DNA of 64,000 nucleotides from a virus: the IMG/VR virus record IMGVR_UViG_3300017754_001832; one strand, written 5' to 3'. Positions 17,907 through 26,833 of this stretch are shown here, in pieces. Positions within the stretch are counted from its first letter, which is position 1; every line of letters begins with the position of its first letter. Made by a program: the position numbers and the translations under genes. The notes beneath the pieces are model-generated. The model saw nothing but the letters and a program-made list of their open reading frames with translations. It searched no databases and was not told the origin of the DNA.

Positions 17907-18436
17907 ACGAGCTTGCCATCATCGGGGGCATCGCCCTCGGCACCGCACTCCTGACAGCCATCGCTGCGTCACGAGTCGGCTTCCTGATCGGCAAGACACA
18001 CGGCTTCCTCGAAGGGCAGTCGTCGATCATCAACCCCATCATCGACCGCGTCGCCAAGGGCGAGGAAGAGATCACCGTCGGCATCTATCAGGCCACATCG
18101 CTGCGGACCTGGTACGGCCCGATGCCGGGCACGGTCCACGGGTTCAACCACCTCGCGTTCAAGCTCGCTGGCGAGACCGGCGAGTTCATGGAGCACGTCG
18201 GCAAGGCGCTGCGCGACGACCCCGGCACGCTCGAAGACTTCCACAATGGCTTCGTGAAGTTCACGCCAGAGCGTCGCAAGGCGCTGCTGAAGGAACTCGG
18301 CGATGTGCTCTGGTACATCACGGTCCTCGCGAAGGAACTCAACTCCAGCCTGATCGAGGTGATGGCGATGAACGTCATCAAGCTCCGTGACAGGCACGCA
18401 CGCGGCAAGATGAAAGGTTCGGGCGATGACAGGTAA
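17903..18436 (+). CDS. MazG-like nucleoside triphosphate pyrophosphohydrolase (177 aa) with an N-terminal TM segment
   Basis: LAFKLAGETGEFMEH (EExxE-type) and LGDVLWYITVLA helices are typical of the MazG/all-alpha NTP-PPase fold. Confidence 0.6.
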   Translation: MNELAIIGGIALGTALLTAIAASRVGFLIGKTHGFLEGQSSIINPIIDRVAKGEEEITVGIYQATSLRTWYGPMPGTVHGFNHLAFKLAGETGEFMEHVGKALRDDPGTLEDFHNGFVKFTPERRKALLKELGDVLWYITVLAKELNSSLIEVMAMNVIKLRDRHARGKMKGSGDDR

Positions 18437-18914
18437 GCTCGGAAACAAGGGCCACGAGGACATGCTCGGTACGCCGAAGGAACGGCTCACCTCGAAGGAC
18501 ACGAACCCGAAGGACGCCGTCGGCGTGGCGAAGGTTTCGGAGTCCTGCATCCCGCAAGGGGTCATCGGCGAACTCGCCATCGCCATGCAGGAGGGCGCTC
18601 GCAAGTACGGGCGCCACAACTACCGGATCGCCGGGGTTCGCGCCTCGGTCTACTTCGATGCTCTCATGCGCCACAGCAAGGCGTGGTGGGAGGGCGAGGA
18701 CAACGATCCGGAGTCGGGCGCGAGCCACATCACCAAGGCCATCGCGACCCTCGTGGTCCTCCGCGATGCCATGATGAACGGCAAGATGACCGACGACCGC
18801 CCGCCGCCGATGACCGACCCCGATTGGCAGCGAAAACTCAACGAACTTGCGAAAGGGCTCATCGAGAAGTATCCAGATGCCAAGCCCGCCTACACTCGCG
18901 AACCCCAGGAGTAG
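18426..18914 (+). CDS. protein resembling the N-terminal domain family found in phage dATP/dGTP diphosphohydrolases (162 aa)
   Basis: NPKDAVGVAKVSESCIPQGVIGELAIAMQEGARKYGRHNYR matches the NPKD...P...GA.KYG..NW pattern recalled for this MazG-associated domain. Homology call from memory. Confidence 0.4.
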   Translation: MTGKLGNKGHEDMLGTPKERLTSKDTNPKDAVGVAKVSESCIPQGVIGELAIAMQEGARKYGRHNYRIAGVRASVYFDALMRHSKAWWEGEDNDPESGASHITKAIATLVVLRDAMMNGKMTDDRPPPMTDPDWQRKLNELAKGLIEKYPDAKPAYTREPQE

Positions 18915-18919
18915 CCGTC

Positions 18920-20794
18920 ATGGCCGTCAAGCCCAAGTCACCGCAGATCACCAAAGCCCAACTCCAGAAGTGGGTGAACCTCGTAAACCGGCTTGACGGC
19001 AACGTCTCACGCGCGGCGGAAGAAGCAGGCATCTCCGCCCGCCAACTCAAGCGCCACCTCGACACCTGCAAGAAACGCGGCGTCGTTCCGCCGAAGCCCT
19101 TCAACCCCCAGAACGCCATCCGATCAACCGACATCGCCGACGACGAACTGCACGATGTCTGGAACGTCTACGAGCGATACGGATACGACGCACAAGCGAC
19201 CGCCGAAGCTCTCGGCATCCACGAGTCCTCCCTCCGCAACCGCATCAAGAAAGCGCAGCACAAGTTCGGCTACGTGAAGAAGTCCCTCGGGGTGACTCAC
19301 GCGCAGGCCGCCGCGCCGCTGCCGCTCCCCGACGCCGGCAAGATCAACTACTTCATGCTGACGACGGCGCAGAACAACACCAAGGTCCACGACGCAACGT
19401 GGGCTTCGGGCATCAACCTCGCGAAGCACTACGACGCCGAGATCAAGGTCTCGACCTTCACCTACATCGGCAACGAGGAAGGCTCGCAGAAGCGCGGGCA
19501 CGAGAAGTCGGGCGAGGCCATGGGCCGCAAGGTCGAGGACCGCTGGTATGATCCGCGCGTCGTCCCGTACATCTCCGACGAGTTCCAACAGCTTGCGCCG
19601 GGTCTCGTGTGGTGCGGCCACTCCAACACACTGCCGACCGCGTCCGACCCGCTCCGTGGCACGCAGTCTCTCAATGGCCGTGCGTCTGGTGTCTGGCCCC
19701 ACACGCGGATCGAGATGCGCCCGGTCGCCACGGCTGCCGGTGAAGCCACCAAGTTCAACTTCACGACCGGCGCCGTCACGCTGCGCAACTACATCCAGAA
19801 GCGGGCCGGCATCGCGGCGGAGTTCTACCACTGCTTCGGCTTCCTGCTCGTCGCCGTCGACTCGAACGGCAATTGGTGGTGCCGCCAACTCAACGCCGAT
19901 AGCGAAGGCAACATCTACGACCTCGACCTGCTCGCGACTCCCGAAGGCGTGTTCGAGTGGATCGACGAGAAGAAGGGCGGCCTCGAAGGTCTGGTCTATG
20001 GCGACATCCACCGCTCGAAGATCGACGAGACGATCCGCGATGCGACGTGGGGCCCCGGCGGCCTCGTGGACTTCCTCAAGCCCAAGGTGCAGGTCTTCCA
20101 CGACCTCCTCAACTTCAACCCGTCGCACCACTCGCGCAAAGACCCGCACGAGATGTATAAGCAGCGCAAGCGCGCTGAAGACCTGGTGTACGGCGAGATC
20201 GAGGGCGACGGCTCGTTCCTCGATTGGACGCACCGCCCGTGGTCGCGCGAAGTCGTGGTCGACTCCAACCACCACCGTCACCTCGACCGCTTCCTGAAGG
20301 AAGTCGATTGGCGTGACGACCTCAACAATGCGCGCGTCATCCTCGACATGAACCTCGCGTGGCTCGACGCCATCGACAAGGGCGAGGAAGAGGACTTCCT
20401 TGCCTACGAGTGGCAGATCAGGAAGATGGGCTACGGCAAGCACGCCCACTTCATGAACCTCACCAGCGAGAAGCCCGAGAAGCTGAGCCTCGTGCTCTGC
20501 AAGGGCAACGGCGGGGGTATCGAGGTCGGCGCGCACCACGGGGATCGCGGGCCGAACGGCGCACGCGGCACGCCGCAGAACCTATCGAAGATGGGCCGCA
20601 AGAATGTCATCGGCGACAAGCACTCGCCGGGCATCTGGGGTGGCACCTACGTTGCAGGCATGACCGGCAAGCCGCGTCAGGGCTACAACATCGGGCCGGG
20701 CTCGTGGGCTGCCGCGCACGTGCCGATTTACCCGAACGGAAAGCGGCAAGTCCTGTTGTTCTGGAAAGGCATGCCGCACGAACCGCGCGGTTAG
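18920..20794 (+). CDS. large hypothetical protein (624 aa) with an N-terminal HTH-like segment and possible phosphoesterase-like motifs
   Basis: ATG at 18920 follows the upstream stop. The track ORF begins 79 aa earlier, overlapping the upstream gene. Contains VYGDIHRS and GAHHGDRG. Confidence 0.5.
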   Translation: MAVKPKSPQITKAQLQKWVNLVNRLDGNVSRAAEEAGISARQLKRHLDTCKKRGVVPPKPFNPQNAIRSTDIADDELHDVWNVYERYGYDAQATAEALGIHESSLRNRIKKAQHKFGYVKKSLGVTHAQAAAPLPLPDAGKINYFMLTTAQNNTKVHDATWASGINLAKHYDAEIKVSTFTYIGNEEGSQKRGHEKSGEAMGRKVEDRWYDPRVVPYISDEFQQLAPGLVWCGHSNTLPTASDPLRGTQSLNGRASGVWPHTRIEMRPVATAAGEATKFNFTTGAVTLRNYIQKRAGIAAEFYHCFGFLLVAVDSNGNWWCRQLNADSEGNIYDLDLLATPEGVFEWIDEKKGGLEGLVYGDIHRSKIDETIRDATWGPGGLVDFLKPKVQVFHDLLNFNPSHHSRKDPHEMYKQRKRAEDLVYGEIEGDGSFLDWTHRPWSREVVVDSNHHRHLDRFLKEVDWRDDLNNARVILDMNLAWLDAIDKGEEEDFLAYEWQIRKMGYGKHAHFMNLTSEKPEKLSLVLCKGNGGGIEVGAHHGDRGPNGARGTPQNLSKMGRKNVIGDKHSPGIWGGTYVAGMTGKPRQGYNIGPGSWAAAHVPIYPNGKRQVLLFWKGMPHEPRG

Positions 20795-20802
20795 AGGGAA
20801 GC

Positions 20803-21288
20803 ATGAACCATATTGCAATGATCGTCGCCCATCAGTTCGTCACGAACAAAGAGCGCGTTGAATACGTCCGGAAGATCACCGCCGACTTCGAGGAGCGCAG
20901 GCCGCGCGGATACGCGGCGACCGGGTGCCTGCTTGAACCCGTCTACGGCGCCGCCATCGTGGCGTTCAACGACATCCCGACTGCAGTCGAGAGCGACTAC
21001 TCGTCGACTCCTCGCGGCGTTGAGCGGGCGCCGAAGTTCGCCGCGCTCGGGCACGCCGAGGTCAACGCCATCGCGTTCGCGGCCTACGCCGGCACTGCGA
21101 CGGCGGGCGCCACGATGTCGCTGGCCTGGTTCCCGTGCATCAACTGCGCGGCAGCCATCGTGAAGGCAGGCATCAAGCGTGTCGTCGCGACCGAGCCGAA
21201 CTACGACTACAAGCCCGAGCAATACGACTTCCGTGGCGCTCGAAAGATTCTGGAAGACGCAGGCGTCATCGTCTGCTTCGAGAAGTAG
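20803..21288 (+). CDS. dCMP/cytidine deaminase family protein (161 aa)
   Basis: HAEVNAI (H-x-E zinc ligands) and PCINCAAAI (PCxxC) motifs. Confidence 0.75.
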   Translation: MNHIAMIVAHQFVTNKERVEYVRKITADFEERRPRGYAATGCLLEPVYGAAIVAFNDIPTAVESDYSSTPRGVERAPKFAALGHAEVNAIAFAAYAGTATAGATMSLAWFPCINCAAAIVKAGIKRVVATEPNYDYKPEQYDFRGARKILEDAGVIVCFEK

Positions 21289-21297
21289 GAGACTCCA

Positions 21298-21597
21298 ATG
21301 GCCTCGGGCCAATTCGTTTTGAACGGAACTGAGAAGCAAGCGGAGGTGTTCGATGTCATCCTCGGCGAGCGCGACTACCAAGACCAGCAGCAGGGCAACG
21401 CCAAACGTCACGAAGGGCAACCGCCGATGACGCCCGGTGAATACCTCCTGTGCATGGAGAAGTGCCTACAGGACGCCCGCACCGAATGGTACAAGCCCGA
21501 TGGCGGCAAGTCCTGCCTCGACTTCGTTCGCAAGGTCACGGCTCTTGGCGTAGGCTGCATGGAGCTTCACGGCGCTCCTCGTCGGGAGGGCTTCTGA
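21298..21597 (+). CDS. hypothetical protein (99 aa)
   Basis: ORF. Confidence 0.45.
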   Translation: MASGQFVLNGTEKQAEVFDVILGERDYQDQQQGNAKRHEGQPPMTPGEYLLCMEKCLQDARTEWYKPDGGKSCLDFVRKVTALGVGCMELHGAPRREGF

Positions 21598-21878
21598 TGT
21601 CGGCCACCAAACCGAACGCAGGCAATCGAGGCATCAACGGCGATGCCAAAGAGAAGGTGAAGCGGTTCGTCTCCCGCATCCGCAAGCTCAAGGCCGAGCA
21701 GGCGGAGATCGGCGAAGAGGTGAAGAACATCTACGCCGAGTGCAAGTCCAACGGATACGACGCAGCGGCCATCCGCGAGTTGATCTCGGAGATGGAGAAG
21801 CGCGAGAAGAACCCTGAAAAGTGGGAAGCGAAAGAGGACATGAAAGATGTCCTCCGCGTCGCGCTGGGAATGGTCTGA
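21597..21878 (+). CDS. GapR-like (DUF2312/UPF0335) DNA-binding protein (93 aa)
   Basis: VSRIRKLKAEQAEIGEEVKNIYAECKSNGYDAAAIRELISEMEK...ALGM closely resembles Caulobacter GapR, a family restricted to alphaproteobacteria and their phages. Confidence 0.7.
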   Translation: MSATKPNAGNRGINGDAKEKVKRFVSRIRKLKAEQAEIGEEVKNIYAECKSNGYDAAAIRELISEMEKREKNPEKWEAKEDMKDVLRVALGMV

Positions 21879-22042
21879 TGCGCTGGGAAAGAATCTACCT
21901 GATTGCGTGCCCGACGGTCGGCCTCCACGCCGTGACACGTCGCGCACGCCTCGGGTGGGTCACGATCTACCGCGATCTCGACCGCAAGGTGAAACGCATG
22001 TGGACCGTCCTCAAACCTGAAACCTGCCCGAGAGAAGCATGA
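21878..22042 (+). CDS. hypothetical protein (54 aa)
   Basis: ATG overlaps the GapR-like stop (TGATG). Confidence 0.35.
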   Translation: MRWERIYLIACPTVGLHAVTRRARLGWVTIYRDLDRKVKRMWTVLKPETCPREA

Positions 22043-22587
22043 TGGACTTCAACGTCGTCCAGTGGCTCGGCGAGAACGTCGCGAAGGTGCTGCCCTTCCG
22101 CACGATCTACTCGTATGAGCGCGGGGTCCGCTGGACGATGGGGAAGAACCCGAAGGAACTGAAGCCCGGCCTCCGCTGGTGCCTCTACTTCTTCCACCGC
22201 GTCGAGCAGTTCGCCGTCGTCGAGCAGATCATCAACCTGCCAACGCAGTCGGTCGTGACCGCTGACGGCCGGGCGGTCTGCTTCTCGGCCAACATCTCTA
22301 TCGTGATCGACGACGCGGTGAAACACTACTGCGACGTGCAGAACTTCGAGCAGTCGGTTCGCGATCTCGCCATGGGCCACCTGTTCGAGCGCGTCTCTCA
22401 GCAGCGGATGGAAGACCTCGTGAAGCGCGAGACGACGAAACGACTCGAGTCGTCGCTCGAAGGCACCCTGACGACCCGCCTCCGCGATTGGGGGACTCGA
22501 GTCGTCGGCGTGAACTTCACCGACTTCGTGCCTGTCCGAAACCAATTCCGGCTGTTCCAGGATCAGCCCACAACCAAGGTGCTTTAA
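22039..22587 (+). CDS. hypothetical protein (182 aa)
   Basis: ORF. Confidence 0.5.
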   Translation: MMDFNVVQWLGENVAKVLPFRTIYSYERGVRWTMGKNPKELKPGLRWCLYFFHRVEQFAVVEQIINLPTQSVVTADGRAVCFSANISIVIDDAVKHYCDVQNFEQSVRDLAMGHLFERVSQQRMEDLVKRETTKRLESSLEGTLTTRLRDWGTRVVGVNFTDFVPVRNQFRLFQDQPTTKVL

Positions 22588-22859
22588 TGGGCCTCGCCGA
22601 ACTCCTGAAGATCATGGACAGCGGAGGCGTGAGCCTCGTCCAGCTTCAGAGCTACAAGCCCACCACGGGCAAGTTCTACGCAGCCACCGTCGGGTGGTTC
22701 GTCAGCGGCGCGTGGCGTTCCTCGTGCGCCAACGGGCCGACACAGGAAGCCGCGCTGGAGCTTGCCATGCGGTCGACCGGGCTGTTCGAGGACTTCCCTG
22801 TGATCCGGATCGAAGCGCCTGCAAGGCGCCGCCGCAGCGCCGAGGACTTGCTGGCATGA
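22587..22859 (+). CDS. hypothetical protein (90 aa); tandem paralog A, ending EDLLA
   Basis: Homologous to the next gene. The identical 3' end GAGGACTTGCTGGCATGA overlaps the next start. Confidence 0.5.
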   Translation: MGLAELLKIMDSGGVSLVQLQSYKPTTGKFYAATVGWFVSGAWRSSCANGPTQEAALELAMRSTGLFEDFPVIRIEAPARRRRSAEDLLA

Positions 22860-23128
22860 AGGACCACCTCACCCTCGAAGAACTCCTCGACAAGCTCGAC
22901 GAGGAAGGAGTCACGGTTGCCGAGGCAAAGAGCCGCCGCAACATCGGCCCCGGCCGGTGGCACGTCTACGTCGAGAACGACAAGGGCACGTTCGCCGGAG
23001 TCGGATCGAGCTTCCGCGAAGCCCTGACACAGGCCGCAGGGAATGCCGGCGCCATCACCGGCCGGCGCTCCATGATCGACGAGGACCGCCCGAAGAAGCG
23101 CAAACGCCGTGAGGACTTGCTGGCATGA
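22856..23128 (+). CDS. hypothetical protein (90 aa); tandem paralog B, ending EDLLA
   Basis: See the previous feature. Confidence 0.5.
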   Translation: MKDHLTLEELLDKLDEEGVTVAEAKSRRNIGPGRWHVYVENDKGTFAGVGSSFREALTQAAGNAGAITGRRSMIDEDRPKKRKRREDLLA

Positions 23129-23343
23129 TTATCTGTCTCAGGAAGGATGTCGCGTGGCTACACATCCGAACCAACAGAGGCCGCGGATTCGCGCGCCGAG
23201 TGAAGCACTTCGGCAAAGTTTTCCGAGTCGAGAAATACACGTGGAGCCGGGCCACCGGAGGGCCTGCGGACTACGTCATTAAAGACATGTGGGCGGGACC
23301 GCTGGTCCTCATCCTCGAACACTGGAGACAGACCGATGCGTAA
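23125..23343 (+). CDS. hypothetical protein (72 aa)
   Basis: ORF. Confidence 0.4.
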   Translation: MIICLRKDVAWLHIRTNRGRGFARRVKHFGKVFRVEKYTWSRATGGPADYVIKDMWAGPLVLILEHWRQTDA

Positions 23344-23626
23344 GAAGAAGAAGCCCACGCTCAACGAGACCGAGCGCCTGGCTCGCGAGGACGCCGCGCT
23401 CGCCGTCATCAAGGCCAACCGCAAGCCTCTGCCGTTCGGCGAAGAGGTGATGCAGGGCTTCGAGGGCATGAGCCGCCATCGCATCAGCCAGTTCATGGCG
23501 CGTGAACGGATGCGCGCCGAGGCCGAGGAGAAGCGGGGCCGCACCGACCGCGCCAACGATGCCCGCTGGAATATGGCTCGCGCCAAGCAGGCGCTCAAGT
23601 TCATCGACGCACAGGCCGCAGCATGA
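23336..23626 (+). CDS. hypothetical basic protein (96 aa)
   Basis: ORF. Confidence 0.4.
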   Translation: MRKKKKPTLNETERLAREDAALAVIKANRKPLPFGEEVMQGFEGMSRHRISQFMARERMRAEAEEKRGRTDRANDARWNMARAKQALKFIDAQAAA

Positions 23627-24291
23627 AGATCGCAGCACTCCCGCCGGGTCCGTTCGGCCTTATCTACGCCGACCCGCCATGGCGCGTCGAGACCTACAGC
23701 GAGAAGGGCCGCAACCGGCTGCCCGACGGCGATGTGGGCCACTACCAGACGATGACGCTCGACGACATGAAGTCGATGCCGGTCGCCGATGTCGCGGCGA
23801 AGGACTGCATGCTGGTGATGTGGGTGATCGACACGCACATTCCGCAGGCGCTCGAACTCGGCGCGGCGTGGGGCTTCACCTACAAGACCACGGCGTTCTA
23901 TTGGGCCAAGCTCCGCAAGCTCGGCGCCGACGGGAAACCCGGCCGCGAAGCGAAGACTCCCGAGAAGGAGTTCCCCGCCGGCATGGGATACTGGACCCGG
24001 GCGAACCCGGAGCAGGCGTTCCTGTTCACCCGAGGCAAGCCGCAGCGGATCGACAAGGGCGTGCCCAAGCTGATCCCCTTCGACGACTACCCACAGGTGG
24101 TCGCGGCCAACCGGCGCGAGCACAGCCGCAAGCCCGACGAGGTCTACGACCGCGTCAACCGGCTGATCGGCGACGTGCCCAAGCTCGAACTGTTCGCCCG
24201 CACCTCCGCACCCGGCTGGACCGCATGGGGCAACGAGGTCGGGAAGTTCGATACGAAACCCCGCAGATCGAGGACCGATTTGCTGGGATAA
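23623..24291 (+). CDS. N6-adenine DNA methyltransferase, MT-A70 family (222 aa)
   Basis: LIYADPPW catalytic motif, with downstream FYWAKL and VMWV segments typical of MT-A70-like methyltransferases. Confidence 0.8.
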   Translation: MKIAALPPGPFGLIYADPPWRVETYSEKGRNRLPDGDVGHYQTMTLDDMKSMPVADVAAKDCMLVMWVIDTHIPQALELGAAWGFTYKTTAFYWAKLRKLGADGKPGREAKTPEKEFPAGMGYWTRANPEQAFLFTRGKPQRIDKGVPKLIPFDDYPQVVAANRREHSRKPDEVYDRVNRLIGDVPKLELFARTSAPGWTAWGNEVGKFDTKPRRSRTDLLG

Positions 24292-24409
24292 AGCTCACAG
24301 GCTTGAGGCTGGACCCGCCTCGGGCGATAAGGCCGGTACGTCGGAGCCTCCGGACTCCCACCCTCACCCACGGGCTTCTAATCGAGCCTGCACGTAATAG
24401 GAGAGTAGC

Positions 24410-25000
24410 ATGTCCCAGATCGGCGAAAGAGCCCCCGTCACCTTCGGGTACGTCGGGACGTGGTCGGGCAAGCAGGTTTGGCTTGATGCCGACAAATACA
24501 CCGACGAGTCGATCTGCCTGCGGGACATCCTGCACAGCCTGCCCCATGTGAACCGCTACATGGGCGGCACGCGGGCGCCGGTCTCCACGGGCCAGCACAC
24601 GGTCGCCTTCGCCAAGGCGGTCGAGCGCGCCGGCCTCGGGGAGATGCACGTCCGGTGGGCCCTGATCCACGACATGCCCGAGTACGTGATCGGCGACATC
24701 CCGCGCCCCTTCAAGAAACAGATGCCGATGATCCAGGCGCTCGACGACCGCATCCTGCTCACGCTCTCGCGCCGCTACGATCTGCCCGAGCAGATGCCCG
24801 ACATCCTCCACGAGTGGGACCAGCGCATGTGCAGGCACGAGATGGACGCTGCGGGCAATCCGGACTTGCCGCTCGAACTCCAGTGGTGGAAGCTGCTCGA
24901 CGCCGTGCCGACCGTCTACGACGTGGACCTTCGCCCGCGTTCGGCGGTCGCGGTGCGGATCGAGCTTCGCGCCATGTGCAAGCAGTATGGGATTGTGTGA
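24410..25000 (+). CDS. HD-domain phosphohydrolase, YfbR-like 5'-deoxynucleotidase family (196 aa)
   Basis: HSLPHVNRY...H...ALIHDMPEYVIGDIP shows the H...HD...D metal-binding signature. Confidence 0.65.
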   Translation: MSQIGERAPVTFGYVGTWSGKQVWLDADKYTDESICLRDILHSLPHVNRYMGGTRAPVSTGQHTVAFAKAVERAGLGEMHVRWALIHDMPEYVIGDIPRPFKKQMPMIQALDDRILLTLSRRYDLPEQMPDILHEWDQRMCRHEMDAAGNPDLPLELQWWKLLDAVPTVYDVDLRPRSAVAVRIELRAMCKQYGIV

Positions 25001-25260
25001 TGACCAAGACCTACTTCGGAGAGCGTAGACCGCGTGTGGCTGCGCTGATAATCGGCGTCGTGTGGGGAGCCATCATGGTCCTCTCGCTCGCTCTGGTCTT
25101 CGGATGTACCGCGACGCCGGCCGTCGTGATCGACGAGAGGCCGATTGTCATGATCGTCCGTCAGTATGTGCTTGTGCCGCTCGTGCAGCCGCCAGACCCT
25201 AGCTGCGGGGGCATCGAGAACTGCTGGTATGAGGAGCCCACTGAAGAGGGGCCGATCTGA
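25000..25260 (+). CDS. small membrane/lipoprotein-like protein (86 aa)
   Basis: ATG overlaps the upstream stop (TGATG). Contains LALVFGCTATP. Last plus-strand gene before the strand switch. Confidence 0.4.
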   Translation: MTKTYFGERRPRVAALIIGVVWGAIMVLSLALVFGCTATPAVVIDERPIVMIVRQYVLVPLVQPPDPSCGGIENCWYEEPTEEGPI

Positions 25261-25303
25261 TGTTACGATTCGTCGGCAGTTGCGGATAAGTGCCGACGGT
25301 TTG

Positions 25304-25639
25304 TCAGCCGCCGCGCGCCATGGCTGCGAAGGCTTCCTTGGCGGCGATCAGGATCACCGACACAACGAACGCCACCCCGGCCGCGACGGATGCCATGCTG
25401 GCCTTCCACGACGTGCGGGTGTGTTCGAGGCTCGTGACTCGTTTGGTGACGCTATCGTGCCGCGTCTGTGTTTCGAGGACGTGAGCGTCCTGCGTGGTCT
25501 TCATGTTCCCGACCCGCTCGACCAGCGTCGCGCCCTGAAGCCCCAAGGAATCCACCTTGAGGTCCACTGCGCTTAGCTGGCCTTCGATCCGTGCGAGAGC
25601 GGATGCGATCTGAGCGGCGTCGGTCACGTGAAGCTCCAT
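25304..25639 (-). CDS. hypothetical coiled-coil protein with a C-terminal TM anchor (111 aa)
   Basis: ORF with the C-terminus AGVAFVVSVILIAAKEAFAAMARGG. Confidence 0.45.
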   Translation of the reverse strand: MELHVTDAAQIASALARIEGQLSAVDLKVDSLGLQGATLVERVGNMKTTQDAHVLETQTRHDSVTKRVTSLEHTRTSWKASMASVAAGVAFVVSVILIAAKEAFAAMARGG

Positions 25640-25842
25640 CAGCCTGCGGCGACGTTGACGAGGAGATCGCGGGCTTCCGCATACTTCGCGGAGTTCGCGG
25701 CGATCTGTTTGGCGAGCGCGTCTTTCAGGGCAGCTTCGTCGTCAGACGAGAGCGTGCCCTTGATCGACGCAACGAGGCTGGGGATCGCGGCTGCGATCTC
25801 CTGGCCGGCGGAGATCAGTGCGAGGATGGTCTTGAGGTCCAT
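25639..25842 (-). CDS. hypothetical protein (67 aa)
   Basis: ORF. Confidence 0.4.
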   Translation of the reverse strand: MDLKTILALISAGQEIAAAIPSLVASIKGTLSSDDEAALKDALAKQIAANSAKYAEARDLLVNVAAG

Positions 25843-25852
25843 GGTGATCCTC

Positions 25853-26215
25853 CTACAGGCCGGCGGCTTTGAGGGCCGCCGTCAGTTGGGCGAGCGCCGC
25901 GAACACCGCAGCCGTGGTGTCAGACGCTTCGAGAGCGGCGCCATCAGCGTAGAGCTTACGGGCCTTCTTCACAGCGGCTTCCACATTGTCGAGGAGCGGG
26001 ACGAGCTTCGCGGCTGCGTCTTGGTCGATGAGACCAGAGCGGCCGGCGATGATGACCCGGTCGAGCGCGAAGCCGTAGAGGTCTTCGAGCGTGAGCAGGG
26101 CCTTCTCGTCGTAGGTCGCGACCTGCTCGTTCTGAGTCAGGCCAGCGAGTTGCGCGCAACCTGCTGCCGAGAACGGCAGCAGGGCGAGCGCGAGGGCGAG
26201 CGCGATCTTTTTCAT
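25853..26215 (-). CDS. lipoprotein (120 aa)
   Basis: MKKIALALALALLPFSAAGC: a signal peptide with an AAGC lipobox. Start set inside the track ORF 25853..26521. Confidence 0.55.
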   Translation of the reverse strand: MKKIALALALALLPFSAAGCAQLAGLTQNEQVATYDEKALLTLEDLYGFALDRVIIAGRSGLIDQDAAAKLVPLLDNVEAAVKKARKLYADGAALEASDTTAAVFAALAQLTAALKAAGL

Positions 26216-26226
26216 TGGGTGATGTC

Positions 26227-26439
26227 CTACTGCGGCTTCACGCCCATCGGCGTGGTCGTGACCGCGCGGAGGGCGACGTTGAGGGCAGCCCAGGCCGCGA
26301 TCAGCGCGTCTTCCGCGTTGTCGAGACCGAGGCCGAGGCCAGCGAGGGCTTTCACCGCCTCGTCGCCCCACAGCACGCCGGCCACAGCGATGGCGACGTT
26401 GAAGGCGACGGTGCGGTAGCCACGGAATTTCTTCAGCAT
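26227..26439 (-). CDS. small membrane protein (70 aa), holin-like
   Basis: Two hydrophobic helices. Confidence 0.35.
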   Translation of the reverse strand: MLKKFRGYRTVAFNVAIAVAGVLWGDEAVKALAGLGLGLDNAEDALIAAWAALNVALRAVTTTPMGVKPQ

Positions 26440-26525
26440 GGTAGTTCTCCGGTTCGTCTGAGGTCACAGGTTGCGACCGCTTGAGACCACAAGCTGTGAC
26501 CTCAAGCGGATTGAACGTCAACTCG

Positions 26526-26747
26526 TTAGCCCGGATCGCCCGTGAAGAACTGGCTGTTCGAGTCGTTGAGGCCGGTCTGGACCGCCAGCACGTCAGCTTC
26601 GAGAGCAGTGACGCGAGCGGCGACGGCGGCGAGCGCGGTGTCGATCAGGCCGAAGCCGGTGCGAACCGAGTTCTGGAGCGCGACATGCCCGTAGACGGAC
26701 AGCGGCAGGGAGTAGTTTGCGGTGACGGGCGGGGTGACGGCGGCCAT
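26526..26747 (-). CDS. hypothetical protein (73 aa) with one DSNS motif
   Basis: ORF ending GLNDSNSQFFTGDPG. Confidence 0.4.
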   Translation of the reverse strand: MAAVTPPVTANYSLPLSVYGHVALQNSVRTGFGLIDTALAAVAARVTALEADVLAVQTGLNDSNSQFFTGDPG

Positions 26748-26833
26748 GGGACTTCTCCTGAGTTTGGGCCGCTTTGTCGCGGCACCTTCGATGCCCCAAG
26801 AGATAGCGGATCAGAGGCCCGCAGTGCAACCCC

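Noticed and set aside
18683-18919. N-terminal 79-aa extension of the 703-aa ORF 18683..20794
   Set aside because: It overlaps the upstream gene in another frame and has a biased composition. The ATG at 18920, right after the upstream stop, is the more plausible start.
24292-24409. 118-nt untranslated gap between the MT-A70 and HD genes as a possible small RNA or tRNA
   Set aside because: No tRNA-like cloverleaf or conserved T-loop, and only weak short hairpins. Probably just an intergenic promoter/RBS region.
17903-25000. Possible Z-genome (2-aminoadenine) gene cluster, suggested by the MazG + HD hydrolase + diphosphohydrolase-N-domain combination
   Set aside because: No PurZ-like adenylosuccinate-synthetase homolog (GDEGKGK P-loop) was found anywhere in the window. 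Treated as generic dNTP-pool genes.
26227-26439. Minus-strand small membrane genes (25304..26439) as the lysis cassette
   Set aside because: The only recognisable endolysin is at 7931..8326 with a convergent small TM gene. These minus-strand genes may be lysis or spanin-related but lack diagnostic features, so they are left as membrane proteins or lipoproteins.
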